From positions 7,564,001 to 7,628,000 of the forward strand of contig CM120645.1 in NCBI GenBank assembly GCA_051362555.1: DNA of 64,000 nt. The letters are read 5' to 3'. Below the pieces are notes generated by a model. That model ran no database searches and was not told where the DNA came from. It was given only the letters and a program-made list of their open reading frames with translations. Each line of letters begins with the position of its first letter. The first letter of the stretch is position 1. This document shows positions 11,096 to 23,672 of the stretch, piece by piece. The stretch is from Lingula anatina (lineage: Eukaryota > Animalia > Brachiopoda). The position numbers were made by a program, and so were the translations under genes.

Positions 11096-13409
11096 CTATG
11101 CTTCGTAGATGTCATTTTCCACGAAATGGACATGGTCGTCCTCGGGCACATCAGTGGGACAGTAGTTTAAATCACCCCCGTCCCCATATAGAGAATTAGT
11201 TACCAAGGTAACGTCATTGTCACTCGAATAAAGGTCATTAGTTTCATATTCCACATCGTCTGGAATGTCATTAAAGTCCCCAGCGACTTGATATATGGTA
11301 ATGCCGTCATCACCGCCAACTTGTTTGAAGTTACTGCCAGGACTCCTGTTGGTGCTGCCACCAAACTTGTTTTTTCTAAAACTCTGCTTTATTGGTTTTG
11401 AATACAACTCACTCAAATCATCGGAATCTTCGTCCGGTGTATACTGATCATCACTAGCGCCGTAATCCGGTCCGTTGGTTTTCCTGAGCTTCACTGGTTG
11501 TGCATACAAAGCACTCAAGTCCTTGGAGTCGAGATGGATTTCTGATGTCACAGTGGTGTCGTCATCACATCCACTGTACATGGGATTAGCCATTGGTCGA
11601 CTGTGAGAACGTGCTATCTCGGGGGATTGTGTCTTAGATCGCCTGATGTATTTAAGATTTCAGATTGAGTTGTGCAATATAAAATCAATTCCAATAATTT
11701 TTTTGACTGGCGAAACAATGACAACAGGCCTGTAGCCAGCAAATTCAAAAGGGGGGTTCTTTTCTGAAAAAGTGGACCTTTTACAATGAAACTTGTGTAC
11801 CTAGATAAAATTTTACCCAAAATGGACCTTTTCCTCACAAAAGGGGCGGTTCTTTCGAACCCCCCGAACCCCCCTTGGCTACGGGCCTGGACAATGTAAT
11901 AAAAGTTTTTCCAATCGCAGTCATAGAGATTTGTGAAAAATTCGCTTGAATAAAATCAAAGTCCGAATTATTTTGAATATAAATGAGGCCATTGTATCTG
12001 TGAAAAATACCTTTCAGAGATGGCTCAAATGCACTTCTTCATTATGTTGAGGAATTTCCCCCGATAATGACGTAAATACAATAAAGATACTTACTATTTC
12101 TTCCATTGTACATCAATCAAACATTTCTTACAAAATATTTTTTATTTGCTTCAACTTATATTTTATTATTTATTTAATATGCTTTTTGCAATGTATAAGG
12201 TAGCCCATGTATCTTTCAGACAACTTTTTTGATACGCCATATCGTTTCCAGTAGTGATATTACCTTCTTTTGAGTACAAAGACCGTCACACCTGCAATGG
12301 CAGCGAGCACGAGAACCCCAGTGGCGCTCCCAGCGGCAATGCCAACAGTAGGTGAACCTGTAATGTAATTTACATGTTTACAATTGAAATATGCTGTATG
12401 ATTTTACAACTAAAATGATTCAAGTTGGCACATGTTAGCTACATTAAAAAAGAATACCCACAGGTAAAATTAATATGAACGGTTTCTGGCCAACTCTCAT
12501 GTCTTCTATATTTAGTGTGATCGCATATTATTTTTTTCATTAGCAGGGTTACCTTTATCTGTTTGTCTCTCTTGTGCTCTGTTGAATTTGGAACCATCGA
12601 CTCGTGATGTTGATGAATTATTGCCTTAGAAATTAAACAATATAAATCGTATGAAAAAGCGCAATATATGTAATTTATGAAAATCTTTTTCTTTCACACT
12701 AAACTTATCATACAAAAACAGGTATTTCTTTAAGTAGTCAGCAAAAAATTTTTTCTCTTAAAAGGAATTGCAAGCATTCACTAACTTTTCCAATCTGTTG
12801 TTTGAACCAGTATTTTATACACAGTCGATCTCAAAACCCCAGTGGCAGTTACAACTTCATCTTTCATTGTTGATATTTCATCGTATTTTCCTGTTGTCAA
12901 CAGCGTTTCTGTTGACGGCTGAAAGGTATTGGTAGTCGGGGCAATTGGTTTTGTTAGAGGTGTTGTATTAACTTCTTTTGTGGTCTGTGTCGTTGCTTGG
13001 TTCATATCTATTGACGTTCGCATCGTAGTCGTAGTGGAAGAAGTCGCTGAGGTGGTTGATGTAGATTTGCGAGACGTTGCTGAAGACGTTGTGGGTACTG
13101 CAAAATAAAATGTAGGCATATGGTTATGTATTCAGTACAGGAAAATAGTATGTTTTCCTTATTCTGGTTACCCCGTCGATTATGAAGAAAATGTCTTCTT
13201 AACTTGTGAAATACGGCCCCGTTTTCCAGTAGCTAATGCACACACACACACATGTACACATACATTGCTTCACAATCCATGTTTCTTCATTCATTAGGAC
13301 ACAACTTCTTTTCAAAGTATAGTTTCAATATGACTTAAATGACATGGAATGTTACTGTTTTAAGGTAATTGTCAACTTGAAAACGGCTATTTTTCGTCAC
13401 ATATTGCAG

Positions 13410-13468
<59 letters not shown>

Positions 13469-16400
13469 GCAATACAATGTGAAAATGTGAATTATTGCAA
13501 TGAATATTTCATGGTAAATTGAATTTGGATGTTCTTGCGTTTTTATTCCCCTATATATCGATTATGGTCCAGCCTGATCCTACCTTTGCACAGGCCACAT
13601 GAAGACCGTCCATATACGCCGCACTTCTTATTATCTGCTGAAAAAATATCAGTCAAATATCAGTATATGTACAAAAAATTGAAAATTATAAAAAAAAATA
13701 TGACAGTGTCTATAAATGTTACAGTTCATAGCACCACATACCTAACGGTGCATGTATACAATGTCATCGGTAGTTAGTGTGGATTATTTTTCAATGAAAT
13801 TGGCAGATTTGTCAAGACATGTATATAAATAAAGCACTTTCAATTATAAAAAAGATTTTACGCCAATGTAACCGACATATAATAATTATATTCATGTCGA
13901 ATTCAGGCCTACCCAACTACCAGACTCGGCACCTAAGGATCCTGAATTAACCGGTATATCGGACCACACTACCCATTTTCAAGGTGTGTGTCAGATCGCA
14001 TTTCTGAGTATCAGCCAGAACACGGTCAGCACTAGATCATATACGGCAGCGGGACGGAAGTGAGTAATCCAACATGGCGGCCCCCAGCGCCGCCGCAATC
14101 GGCAATCCTCGGCTCATTCCGCAAGCTCCATACTAAACATACTTATTGTCGAGTGCGGAGACATCCGAGTAGTTCCGAGTGGCGCCGCCGAGACATTTAT
14201 AGGCTGTAGTTTTACAGCAAAATATCTAGGAAAATATACATGTATGCTATATCCCTAGGGATTCTTTATTGATACACCTTCACATATAAGGTACAATCAA
14301 AGACAGTAGGGCCTACATCTAACTATAGCAGAGTAGCCTACAAACAAATGAATAAATATACATACGTGTTTAAAAATGGGCCGAAGTACAATCATAGAGG
14401 TAAAACAGACAACTCCAGCTACAGATACGTAAATTTGCAGGACGTGGAAACGCATTTAGACCCAATTAGATAAATGTATATTAATACTAATAAATGAGTT
14501 TATAAAGTGATATATATATAAAATGTGTAATGATAATCTACAGGCGATGAATTTAAATACAAACACTGAAAAGAGTACAATGTATAAGAGAGGGTTTGTT
14601 CCCTTTGTTGGAAGCATCTATTTACAAAACGCATAACCATTCTAAGAATATTTAAGTCTTGAGCACCCATAAGAAAATTATACAGTTCATTAAAGCTGAA
14701 GTCGCCTATAGCTAGGGGTAGGAACTCTGACAGCTGCCCTCTGATGGGATCACGTATTGAATCATATGCTTTGCACTCTAGCAGGAGGTGGAACTCATCT
14801 ACTTTATTCAAATCGCAAAGTTTACAAAATCCTAGGTATAATACGATTAAAAAATAAAAAGAAAAATTAAAAAGTAAATAAAAATTATATGCTATATACC
14901 TAGTTATTATACGATTAAAAATTGAACTGTGTTTTGATCAGCACTACAACATTCGACTATCAGCCTTAGCATCTCGTCGCTAGGGACCGCCATGTTGGAT
15001 TACTCACTTCCGTCCCGCTGCCGTATATGATCTAGTGCTGACCGCCAGAACACCGACAGGATGAACCCTGACATGCTCGGCTGTCACCTTGATTGGATAG
15101 TAAACGATTGTCGTAAAATCGCTATATGATTTTAAAACCGGGTGCATAATTTTAAAAGCCGCCTAGATGAACCTTAGACTGCCACATTAATCTAATACAA
15201 TGCAAAAGAGCCCTATCAAAAGTGGTTAAAACATTCAAACCGAATGTCGTAAAGTCCCCATATATCTCCATAGAGACAATAAAATAGAGTACTCTAAAGT
15301 AAGAGTACAGTTTAAGGTTATTCAGCCGAGCGTGGATGAGCCCGCAGTCGTGCTACAAAATTTGTTCTGGGGTATGATACTCCGAAATGAGATCTGACAC
15401 ACACCTTGAAAACGGGTAGCGTGGTCCGATATACCGGTTAATTCAGGATCCTTAGGTGCCGAGTCTGGTAGTTGGGTAGGCCTGGAATTGTTCAGTAGTA
15501 AGAAATTGCAGTGCTGGGAGTAAATAATGTGGACTCCAATATGTTTTTATTCTAGATAATATACTAAATAAGATTTGTTGTAAAACTAAATAACCTTAAG
15601 ATTGAAAAAAACACAAATTAAAGAAATAGAATCATGTTATATCTAAATCTACAGAACCCATGAAAAAAGATTGACTTACCTGAAGTATATTCATTTGAAT
15701 ATCCAGGATATATACGGTTGTCAGTATTAGATTTAGGAAACCTTCCGCTCCAAGCTCCATATATGACATTAACCTTAGATGGAGAACCAACACACGTTCA
15801 CATATGTTTTTACAATTATATAAGCAATCATCGAGACAACATGTCTTCGAAAAGAAACTACACTGCAGATATAACTCTACTTTGAAACACGACACGCTGA
15901 AGGTCACACGGCCGTAATCCGCCAGACCTCCACTTATAAATAAAAAACTTCTGAGAAATACAAAGAAATACAAAAACAATATTAATGGAAATGACACAAA
16001 ATCACTTACATAGTCGAATCTAAAGTAATCATGTGACCACGAAGATGATAAGAAAACATTGATGCACATTATCTCTCCCAATGGCCATGGCGATGAAAGG
16101 GTAAATGTGTCTAAGCTGGAAAATAAAATAAACTATTGACCGACAGGTATATAAATGAGATGCTTTTTCCCCTTGATCTACAGAGGGTTGCATACAAAGT
16201 CAAATATAAAATCAAATACAAGCATACAAAGTATAGGCGTTAAAGACAATATCATGAAGTAGTGGTCAGTATATACCCCCACAACACTGGTCGACATTTT
16301 ATGTCTCCCCTGTGCCATCAGGCTGCTGTTAGAGATTCATATGAGATCTAATAGATACCTATTTCATAAATCTGTTATATAATCATGGGTGGCGTGGTCG

Positions 16401-19400
16401 CCGTGGGATTTTGACCATATTTTTAACCGTTATATAAATTTAAAAGAGGTGGAAAAGATAGGTGGTTCAAATAACTGTCCAAGTTGAAGGGGATGGGGTA
16501 ATATAAGCGTTACAGTGGCTGTAGGATGAATGTACCCTGGTTGACCAGAGATTGGCAGATAAAAATACTCTTTTAAGTAGATCAGTGACCACTGTTGGTC
16601 GCCTAAGATGACAGCTAGTGCGCAAATAAGACTAATGTTTGTCAGTCCATGCGGGTTAATAACAAAGAAATGAAAAGTTTTAAAATCCAAAACGTTTTAA
16701 TACATTTACCATCTTCATGTTTTGTGAAGAGAAATTCTACTGTGGAAACAGTTTAATTATTCAGAGGTCAGAGGCCAATGCAACTATAATTTTATTATTA
16801 TTTACCTGCCTTTGCTATTCGTAACATCAAGTTCCACATGTGGTGAGATACCCAATTCGCCATAAAGAGTAAGATAAACGTGATTGGCTGTATTCCCATT
16901 TCTTTCATTGGCTGTTTTGACACGAATGTTGTACACATGCATGTTGCCTTTCCCTGAAGTGGGTTCAGTAACATATTACAGTAACATGTTACATTCGAAC
17001 ATGATTAACGGTAAACAGACATGGATCTAACAAAATGAACGCTACTGTCACAAAATGCAAACAGAATGCTGAATATATGTTTGTGAGCTTTACTGTATAT
17101 GCATCTTACTATTCGATTATCTTCTGTTTTGCAACATTTTGGAACACAAAACTTCAATCCCTCGTTAATATTCGAACTAAGCTCGACAAAATAAGGACAA
17201 ATTTCAGGACAATACTGATAGACCAGAAAAATTACACAATTATGATTACCTTACCTCTACAAACGTCACATGTCTCTCTGCAGACATAATGTTGGTATCT
17301 GTTTAAATAACCACATGTTGGTCGAGCCGCTACGCATTCTACCTTGCCTATGTAAAAGAAATTAGCCTTTGTCGTCAGACAGGAGTTTTTACAATGCCAG
17401 TCATGCATTTAAAATATTAGATTTTGAGTGATACAAAAATAGTTTTCAAAATGTTTTTGGCGCGATCGATTGCATATATATGAGAGGTACGTTTTGTGAT
17501 TAAACGTGCACACCCTATACAGTATTGCTCTGTAGCATACTGCAACCCTATTTAGACACTAAAAAGACAACGACGGTATGTATCAAATCCATATTGCTGT
17601 TAATGTATTTTCACTATACATTTGATAAAATATTTCTGATATTTTGAAAATAACGTAATTGTGAAAAATGATTTTTAAATATATTTTAAATATTCTAATT
17701 GTTAATAATGGCATAACTGATCACTCGCACCACAAATAAAAAGCAGAGTAAAAAGAAAATTGTCTTCCCCTCATACCAACAATCGGTATAATAACGCATA
17801 TAGCACACATTTCATCGTTACATATAATTAACTGCGAAGTAGTTGGTCGAAATAACTTATGACAAGTTTCAGAAACGAACTAAACAGTGCGCGGTACTTC
17901 ATATTCAGACTGCACCTTTTGTTGGTATGCATTCGAGAAAACTACTATTAGCAACTGACTGTTTACCAGATGATGCAAAATAATGCAGATGTACGTGTGA
18001 CATACTTCCCTTTAAACACAGAAAAATTACATACTTATGTATTTCATTTTAATTGCAGAGACATATTACAAAGTAAATATATCCGCGGTCAATACTGACT
18101 CACTACAAAGAGGGGGGGGACAAACCTGACGCGATTTGAATAGAATCTCCTGGATAAATTCGTATATTGGGAAGGGCAGACCATGTCCTCTTGCCAAGCT
18201 CTACTGTTATCTGAAAGAGGGAAAACATTTACACAAATATGCATATCAGGTGCATGAAAAAAATACATAAAAATTATCCGAACAATAATTTTATCTTTTC
18301 TATTCTTATCTGTTCATTTGTATGGACAAACCATCACGTGATGATGTACGGGTGAGTAGGCCTACTCATGTCTGTCTAATAGACAAAGGATCTCAATGAA
18401 TATATTGCGCCAATACAATGAATGTCATTGAGAGACCATTAAAGGATTACGCGGTCTTCCTTTCATGTAGGTCCGCCATATTTAGGTGTCGGCCTTGCTA
18501 GACCTCGGCTCTTCTCGATGTGAATGCTCTTTGTGATACGCGTTACTGCTCCTGGATCCGCTTTCCATGAGAAAATACAAATTCAGCTCGTCACTTGCAA
18601 CGTCTCTGTCTTTTTGTTCTTTAAATGTTATGACTGAATTAGACTTAATTAAATAACTGCAACATGTTAATCTTAATCTATAGATATAAAAATATTACGT
18701 GAATGTCTTCTGGCGCGGGTGGTTGCGGTTATAATCATCTATAGAATTTTTTTTCATTATTACAGATAAAAACTATGATAACTTGATTAGTGTCCAGGTA
18801 TGCAAAAATTGTGGACAGTTATTTATGACCAAATTTAACTTACACTTTCAAACTGCCAAGAATCCGATATGCTGTTTGAAGACGATAACAAGGCACTGAT
18901 GCATTTAATGTCTCCCAAAGGTTCTTGTACCGAAAATGATACAGTATCGATACTGAAAGTAATTAAAGAGCTATGTCATGTATATGTCCAAAAATCAATC
19001 CGTACGTAACGTTAATTTGAACCCTCCATTTGAAAGTTATATACATGTTTCATGAATACTAGTGCATGCTATTCGTTAAAAAGAATCGTATGCCAGCTGC
19101 TAGGAAAATTACATTTACATGAACTTATAGATATAATTATTCTATACATTACCACTCAAAATAATGCGCTATCATAAGATATAAACAAAATATGTAATAT
19201 TAATCCCCACACGTACATTTTCGTGAACATTATTTGATCCACGTTCCAGAGTTTTCAAAGAGAAAATCATTGCGCAAGTGCATTATGGTTAGCAAAGGCA
19301 TGCATTCTTAAACTTGGCGCTTTGTAGAATGCACTATTAATATAATAACGTTATAACGTTTATTTTTCCCTTACCTGTTGTGTTTGAATTGACCATTGAC

Positions 19401-20098
19401 CAGTAGCCTTGGTGATGTACTCTGATTCCCGTACAAGATGATGTGAACGTGGTTCTCCGTTGGTGCGTGCCAATGGGCTTCATTACCCGTCTTGACAGAT
19501 ACCTTGTACGTGTAGACGGCAGGATCGTCATATACTGAAATGCAGTATACAAAATGTAATGCAGCTAGGTGACTTTTTACTGGTGAGTGTCAACATGGCA
19601 AAACCCCATACGTCAACAAATCCTTTAATTGGACATAGAACAGTATCAAAAAGTGTGTATACTGCTATTCTGTGGAACGGAAAACAAGATGACCAAATCC
19701 AATAAAGCTATGAAATGATATAAGAAAGTACATATGCAATAAAATAAGTGACAATTAACACAAATGAAAACATACAGTTGGAAACTCCTTTACAATTAAA
19801 GTAGGCCTAAAACATCTCACATACCGATGGAAAGACCGTAAGTTTTATTTAACAAAATGATCCCTCTACTTTACCAAGCATTACACCGAAACAATGTTCG
19901 TTTATATAAGAAGATAAATAGTAATATATATTGTATCAGAACAAGCGATTATAATACGTATGATCACAGTATTGAGTTGGGAGTAAACTGGTAGGTATTG
20001 TGTAACATACAACGTTATTACCTACCCTCAGAGCTCGTAAGAGCTATTTTACAAGCACAAAGTAGGCAGAGAATCCACGACAATCTCCAGGGAAACAT
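11096..20098 (-). CDS. Orphan type I membrane receptor, 648 aa: signal peptide, PLAT, ShK-like, PLAT, short Cys motif, Ser/Thr stalk, TM, Tyr-rich tail. Exons 20098-20026, 19534-19375, 18952-18844, 18210-18126, 17347-17255, 16953-16806, 16115-16010, 15773-15680, 13637-13584, 13097-12786, 12624-12553, 12357-12264, 11642-11096
   Basis: All 12 introns GT-AG and phase-compatible (1947 nt, open). Signal MFPWRLSWILCLLCACKIALTS; PLAT1 YTYKVSVKTGNE...NHVHIILYGNQSTSPRL...DTVSFSVQEPLGDIKCI...DSWQFESITV; PLAT2 YNIRVKTANERNGNTANHVYLTLYGELGISPHVEL...DTFTLSSPWPLGEIMCI...DYFRFDYVNV; CRETCDVC; TM VGIAAGSATGVLVLAAIAGVTVFVL followed by KRR. Confidence 0.88.
11725..11889. mobile_element. MITE with CAGGCC...GGCCTG ends and 5-bp target duplication GACAA
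   Basis: TIRs caggcctgtagcca / tggctacgggcctg; gacaa at 11720-11724 and 11890-11894. Confidence 0.85.
13411..13465. repeat. (TA)n microsatellite
   Basis: Direct reading. Confidence 0.95.
14023..15044. mobile_element. Second non-autonomous DNA transposon, ~58-bp TIRs, 8-bp TSD CCAGAACA, nested in the outer element
   Basis: cggtcagcactagatcatatacggcagcgggacggaagtgagtaatccaacatggcgg (14023-14080) inverted at 14987-15044; ccagaaca at 14015-14022 and 15045-15052. Confidence 0.9.
14260..14830 (-). mobile_element. LINE 3' fragment nested inside the second element
   Basis: Minus-strand reading CKLCDLNKVDEFHLLLECKAYDSIR...FVNRCFQQR (C-terminal zinc-knuckle region of non-LTR ORF2), AATAAA at ~14265-14270; cctagg on both sides. 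Confidence 0.75.
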
Positions 20099-20607
20099 TG
20101 TTGTTCGCCTGTGGAGCTTATAAAGCTACATAAAACCTCCAGTGGACATTAAAAATGCATGTTGAATTACAAGACACAATTACTTCCTGGTTTAAGCGTA
20201 ACCTTGTTCCCAACCTACAGTGTATATGTCTCAGCCTTCACTTTGTTCACACTTTATCGACAAGTCAAAGTTATATATTGCCCACTTATACATGCATGCG
20301 CCTAAATAGTTATTACATCGGCTGTGTCTTGCCGTATATATCTAAGTTCAAGTGGTCCTTATCATATCTATAGTGTCGATACACTGTGAAAGGACAATCT
20401 CATTTGTCTAAGTTTGAAGTTATTTACTGTACTGTACACACGTTCTATTATTGTACGTTAGCGGTGTACAGGTTATTCATATTCAAGGGAAGGGCACGCG
20501 GGGGGGGGGGGGGGGCTGTGAGAGAGGGTAGGGGGGGATGAGGTGGGAAGGGGTAAAGTGCAAAATATGGGGATAGACATAGACGGAAACGGTTTGAGAG
20601 AGCAAGA

Positions 20608-20626
20608 CACACACAAACACACACAC

Positions 20627-20679
<53 letters not shown>

Positions 20680-20914
20680 AATCAATAGAAATGGAGGGAC
20701 CATGTAGAGCCGCGTTTCGCACCAAACGCATTTTGCAATCTGGTATGTCATACCTGCTATTCTCCACAGACCAGGTAAAGTTCAGACTCAGTCCAGACGA
20801 CCCAATCTGTCCTGACAGGGTCAGCCAGAAAAGACACTGGAGCAGTGAAATTCTTCAAGGCTCAAGGTGGCCTAACAAGATTGGAAGTAAACCGACGGTC
20901 CGGACGAAAAGTCA

Positions 20915-20963
<49 letters not shown>

Positions 20964-20977
20964 TGTGTGCGTTGGTG

Positions 20978-21031
<54 letters not shown>

Positions 21032-21201
21032 TAATCATCAATTAAAAAATCCTTATTGTTAATATTAGCAGATCTTTCTGTCAATCCTAAATTAATTCTA
21101 CTATATGTTCAAAAATAAAACATAAATAACAAAGTCAAAGAAAAATAATAAATCACTATTAAAGTACACAATTATATTATATTTTTTCTTAGTTTTGATT
21201 G

Positions 21202-21247
<46 letters not shown>
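20608..21247. repeat. Cluster of (CA)n/(GA)n/(GT)n microsatellites
   Basis: Runs at ~20608-20678, 20921-21029 and 21205-21247. Confidence 0.95.
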
Positions 21248-21250
<3 letters not shown>

Positions 21251-21344
21251 GCGCTTTTCACTTGTGTCGATGACTTTATTATTGTGATACTGCCCCTTTT
21301 GTCTGTTTGTAGAAAGATTATTTCCTAAAACTCGATTTGCTTAA

Positions 21345-21822
21345 AGGTGCTCTCCACGACATTTTCTGCCTGAATGATATCATTTTTGAGTTTCTCTCCA
21401 CGTGTTTGAAAACTTGGTCATATTTACTTATAAATGACTAGCTCGGTCATATTTATGTCCTCTAAAGATTCTTATATTTCCCAAATAGAATCTACAGACT
21501 ATAAACCCTTAAACAAAAGGTTATCATAAGCGAACTTTGTGTCATTATTATCTTTTCAGCCTCTTCAGGTTGCCATTGCCAGTTGTATTATACACGGCAC
21601 AGGGCCGCGATAAAGACCCTTTCTTGTGTGAAAACGAGGCAATCGCGTGACGGCAGATGTCATTCTATTTGACTAGCTAGTCATTTATAAGTAAAGTATT
21701 AAACTGAAAAATGGAATAAAACATTGAATCCCATTGGAAGTGCAGGTTTAGCGGATCAAACAATAGTTTGTGAATAGGATAAAATAGCTCTTTACCCCAG
21801 GAATTTTTATTTTATTTCACCT
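21345..21822. mobile_element. Probable degraded TTAA-type non-autonomous transposon with internal inverted repeat
   Basis: ttaa|aggtg at 21341; cacct|ttat at ~21818-21826; internal IR tttacttataaatgactagct (21423-21443) / agctagtcatttataagtaaa (21675-21695). Confidence 0.45.
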
Positions 21823-22585
21823 TTATTGAATACTCACTTGTATCGCTTGATGCTATTTTCTTTTTTTCATCTTGATGTATACCTGCAGTAAAAAGGCGCT
21901 TTTTTACGTATATCCACCCTTGTAATCCTAGCTTAGGCTATACTCCCTAGGGACGAACACAATCTCTGCCGTATCAGGAATTAATTTTGCGCCACCTACT
22001 CATCAAGTCGTCGGCGTTGGAAATTTTCATGGAGGGGATGGAAGCGTTTCAATTCTTCAATGAGAGACCCATTGGGTGGGAAGTGATCTCTACAATGTAT
22101 GCCCCCAGCAATGTTGAAAGCCTTGATTCATCTCTTAAGAATTTCAGAATAATGAGCGTAAAATCGTATTTCTTTAACAGTGACAATTCACTATTATACT
22201 GAGTGCACGGCATGGGGTTGAGTCTTCACACAAGTAAACGCCTCGTGTGGGAATTGGGTATGGTCAAAAAAGAAAGAAATAAAGTGAATCCAGTCATTTT
22301 TTACCCAACTCATTTTTCAGCATTTTTCCCATACATTCTTAATCATTTATTTATTTAGTCTATACTATTATTTTTTTTCTTTCGGCGCTTATAGCCATGT
22401 CTGTTTGGATTTAATGCGCGCTTGATCGTATTTAATTGCATATGAGGAAATTAAATTAGAGAAATGCGTTTGATTGTTTTCTCAGAAACGGTTGTCTCTG
22501 CTTGCTCATGACACGGGATTCAGATAGGAATGATTTCACGCTTATCATCTGTATCATCACGAAAGCTATGGCGACAAGGAAATAC

Positions 22586-22940
22586 ACTCACTCTGGATCA
22601 CAGCTATAGAAATGTCATATCGGCTTTTATGAATTGACGTCATACACACTTCTTGGGATCCCCCATCTTGATATCGAATATGTGATAGGTGGACGGAAGT
22701 TTGAACTCTGACCTCTCCCACTCCCATTGGAAATATTTGCTGGCTCCCGGATGTGATGTTGTCATGGTAACTGACACCTCAGAGAACATCAATGTGGAGC
22801 TGCATTTTACAGCAGCAACGCATTTTTCACTGCAATTAGTTTTTTTTTCTCTTAGTCACTTAAACTAATTCCAGACCTATAGAGACGTCACTGGAACTAC
22901 ATAACTTAACCATACTGCTGTACCAGGAAGTACTTCCTCC
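22586..22940 (-). promoter_or_regulatory. Candidate promoter/first exon of the PLAT receptor gene
   Basis: Minus-strand donor GTGAGT ~22586-22591 (a further UTR-like exon ~21838-21882); CRE TGACGTCA 22635-22642; kappaB-consensus GGGGGATCCC (minus, 22655-22664); ETS CGGAAGT 22694-22700; palindrome AGGAAGTACTTCCT 22925-22938. Confidence 0.5.
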
Positions 22941-22956
22941 CCCCCTCCCAGCTACA

Positions 22957-23001
<45 letters not shown>

Positions 23002-23485
23002 GTGTGTGTGTTATTGACAGGAGTACATGCAGAAAATAGTATAAAAATTAAGTGCGGTGCAGGTTTTATACATTGTTTTCCATTATTATGTTAAGCTTAG
23101 TATGGCGTTCTGGGGCTTTAAAACGAAGGCATAACGTCGGATAGCCGTTTTTCGTTATGGAAATATCAGGGTTTTCTCGTGATATATTCAATTGCAGTGT
23201 TTTGGTGGGGTCTATGGTGCAGCAATTAAAATAAATACGAATCAATAAACACACATTTGAATGTACCCACTGAGGCGAGAAAAATGTAAACTAATCGCGG
23301 GTTCTGTCGGTATATAGCGTGGTGTCTTCTAGTTTATGACTAGGATTCTGAATAAGCGCTATGCTTTAACAGTTATTCTTACAAATATGCCATAAAGTCA
23401 CATAACTGTGGCGAAACATTCCTTTGCAGGTGTATTGTCCGAGATACCGATAGCATATACAGTATTCTGTGCATTCGCACATACA

Positions 23486-23563
<78 letters not shown>

Positions 23564-23672
23564 TTGAACGTTTATCAGCTGCAGCGATAAAGGTGAATAA
23601 AAGTAAGTCACTCTGACCTAGATCGACAGTCGAATTTATTATTAGCATCAGAGGGTATGCGGTATACTTCAC

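Larger units (their letters stand above)
13904..15484. mobile_element. Non-autonomous DNA transposon, ~110-bp TIRs, 5-bp TSD GAATT (outer element of a nested set)
   Basis: caggcctacccaactaccagactcggcacctaaggatcc... (13904-14013) is the near-perfect reverse complement of 15376-15484; gaatt flanks both ends. Confidence 0.9.

Noticed and set aside
15632-16081. 149-aa hydrophobic ORF
   Set aside because: Only its first part is a real PLAT exon; the rest is intron read-through and an out-of-frame exon.
20448-21062. ORFs rich in LSLS/CVCV/ERER
   Set aside because: Translations of microsatellites; same for 23366-23723, 44965-45162, 53026-53217 and 63269-63487.
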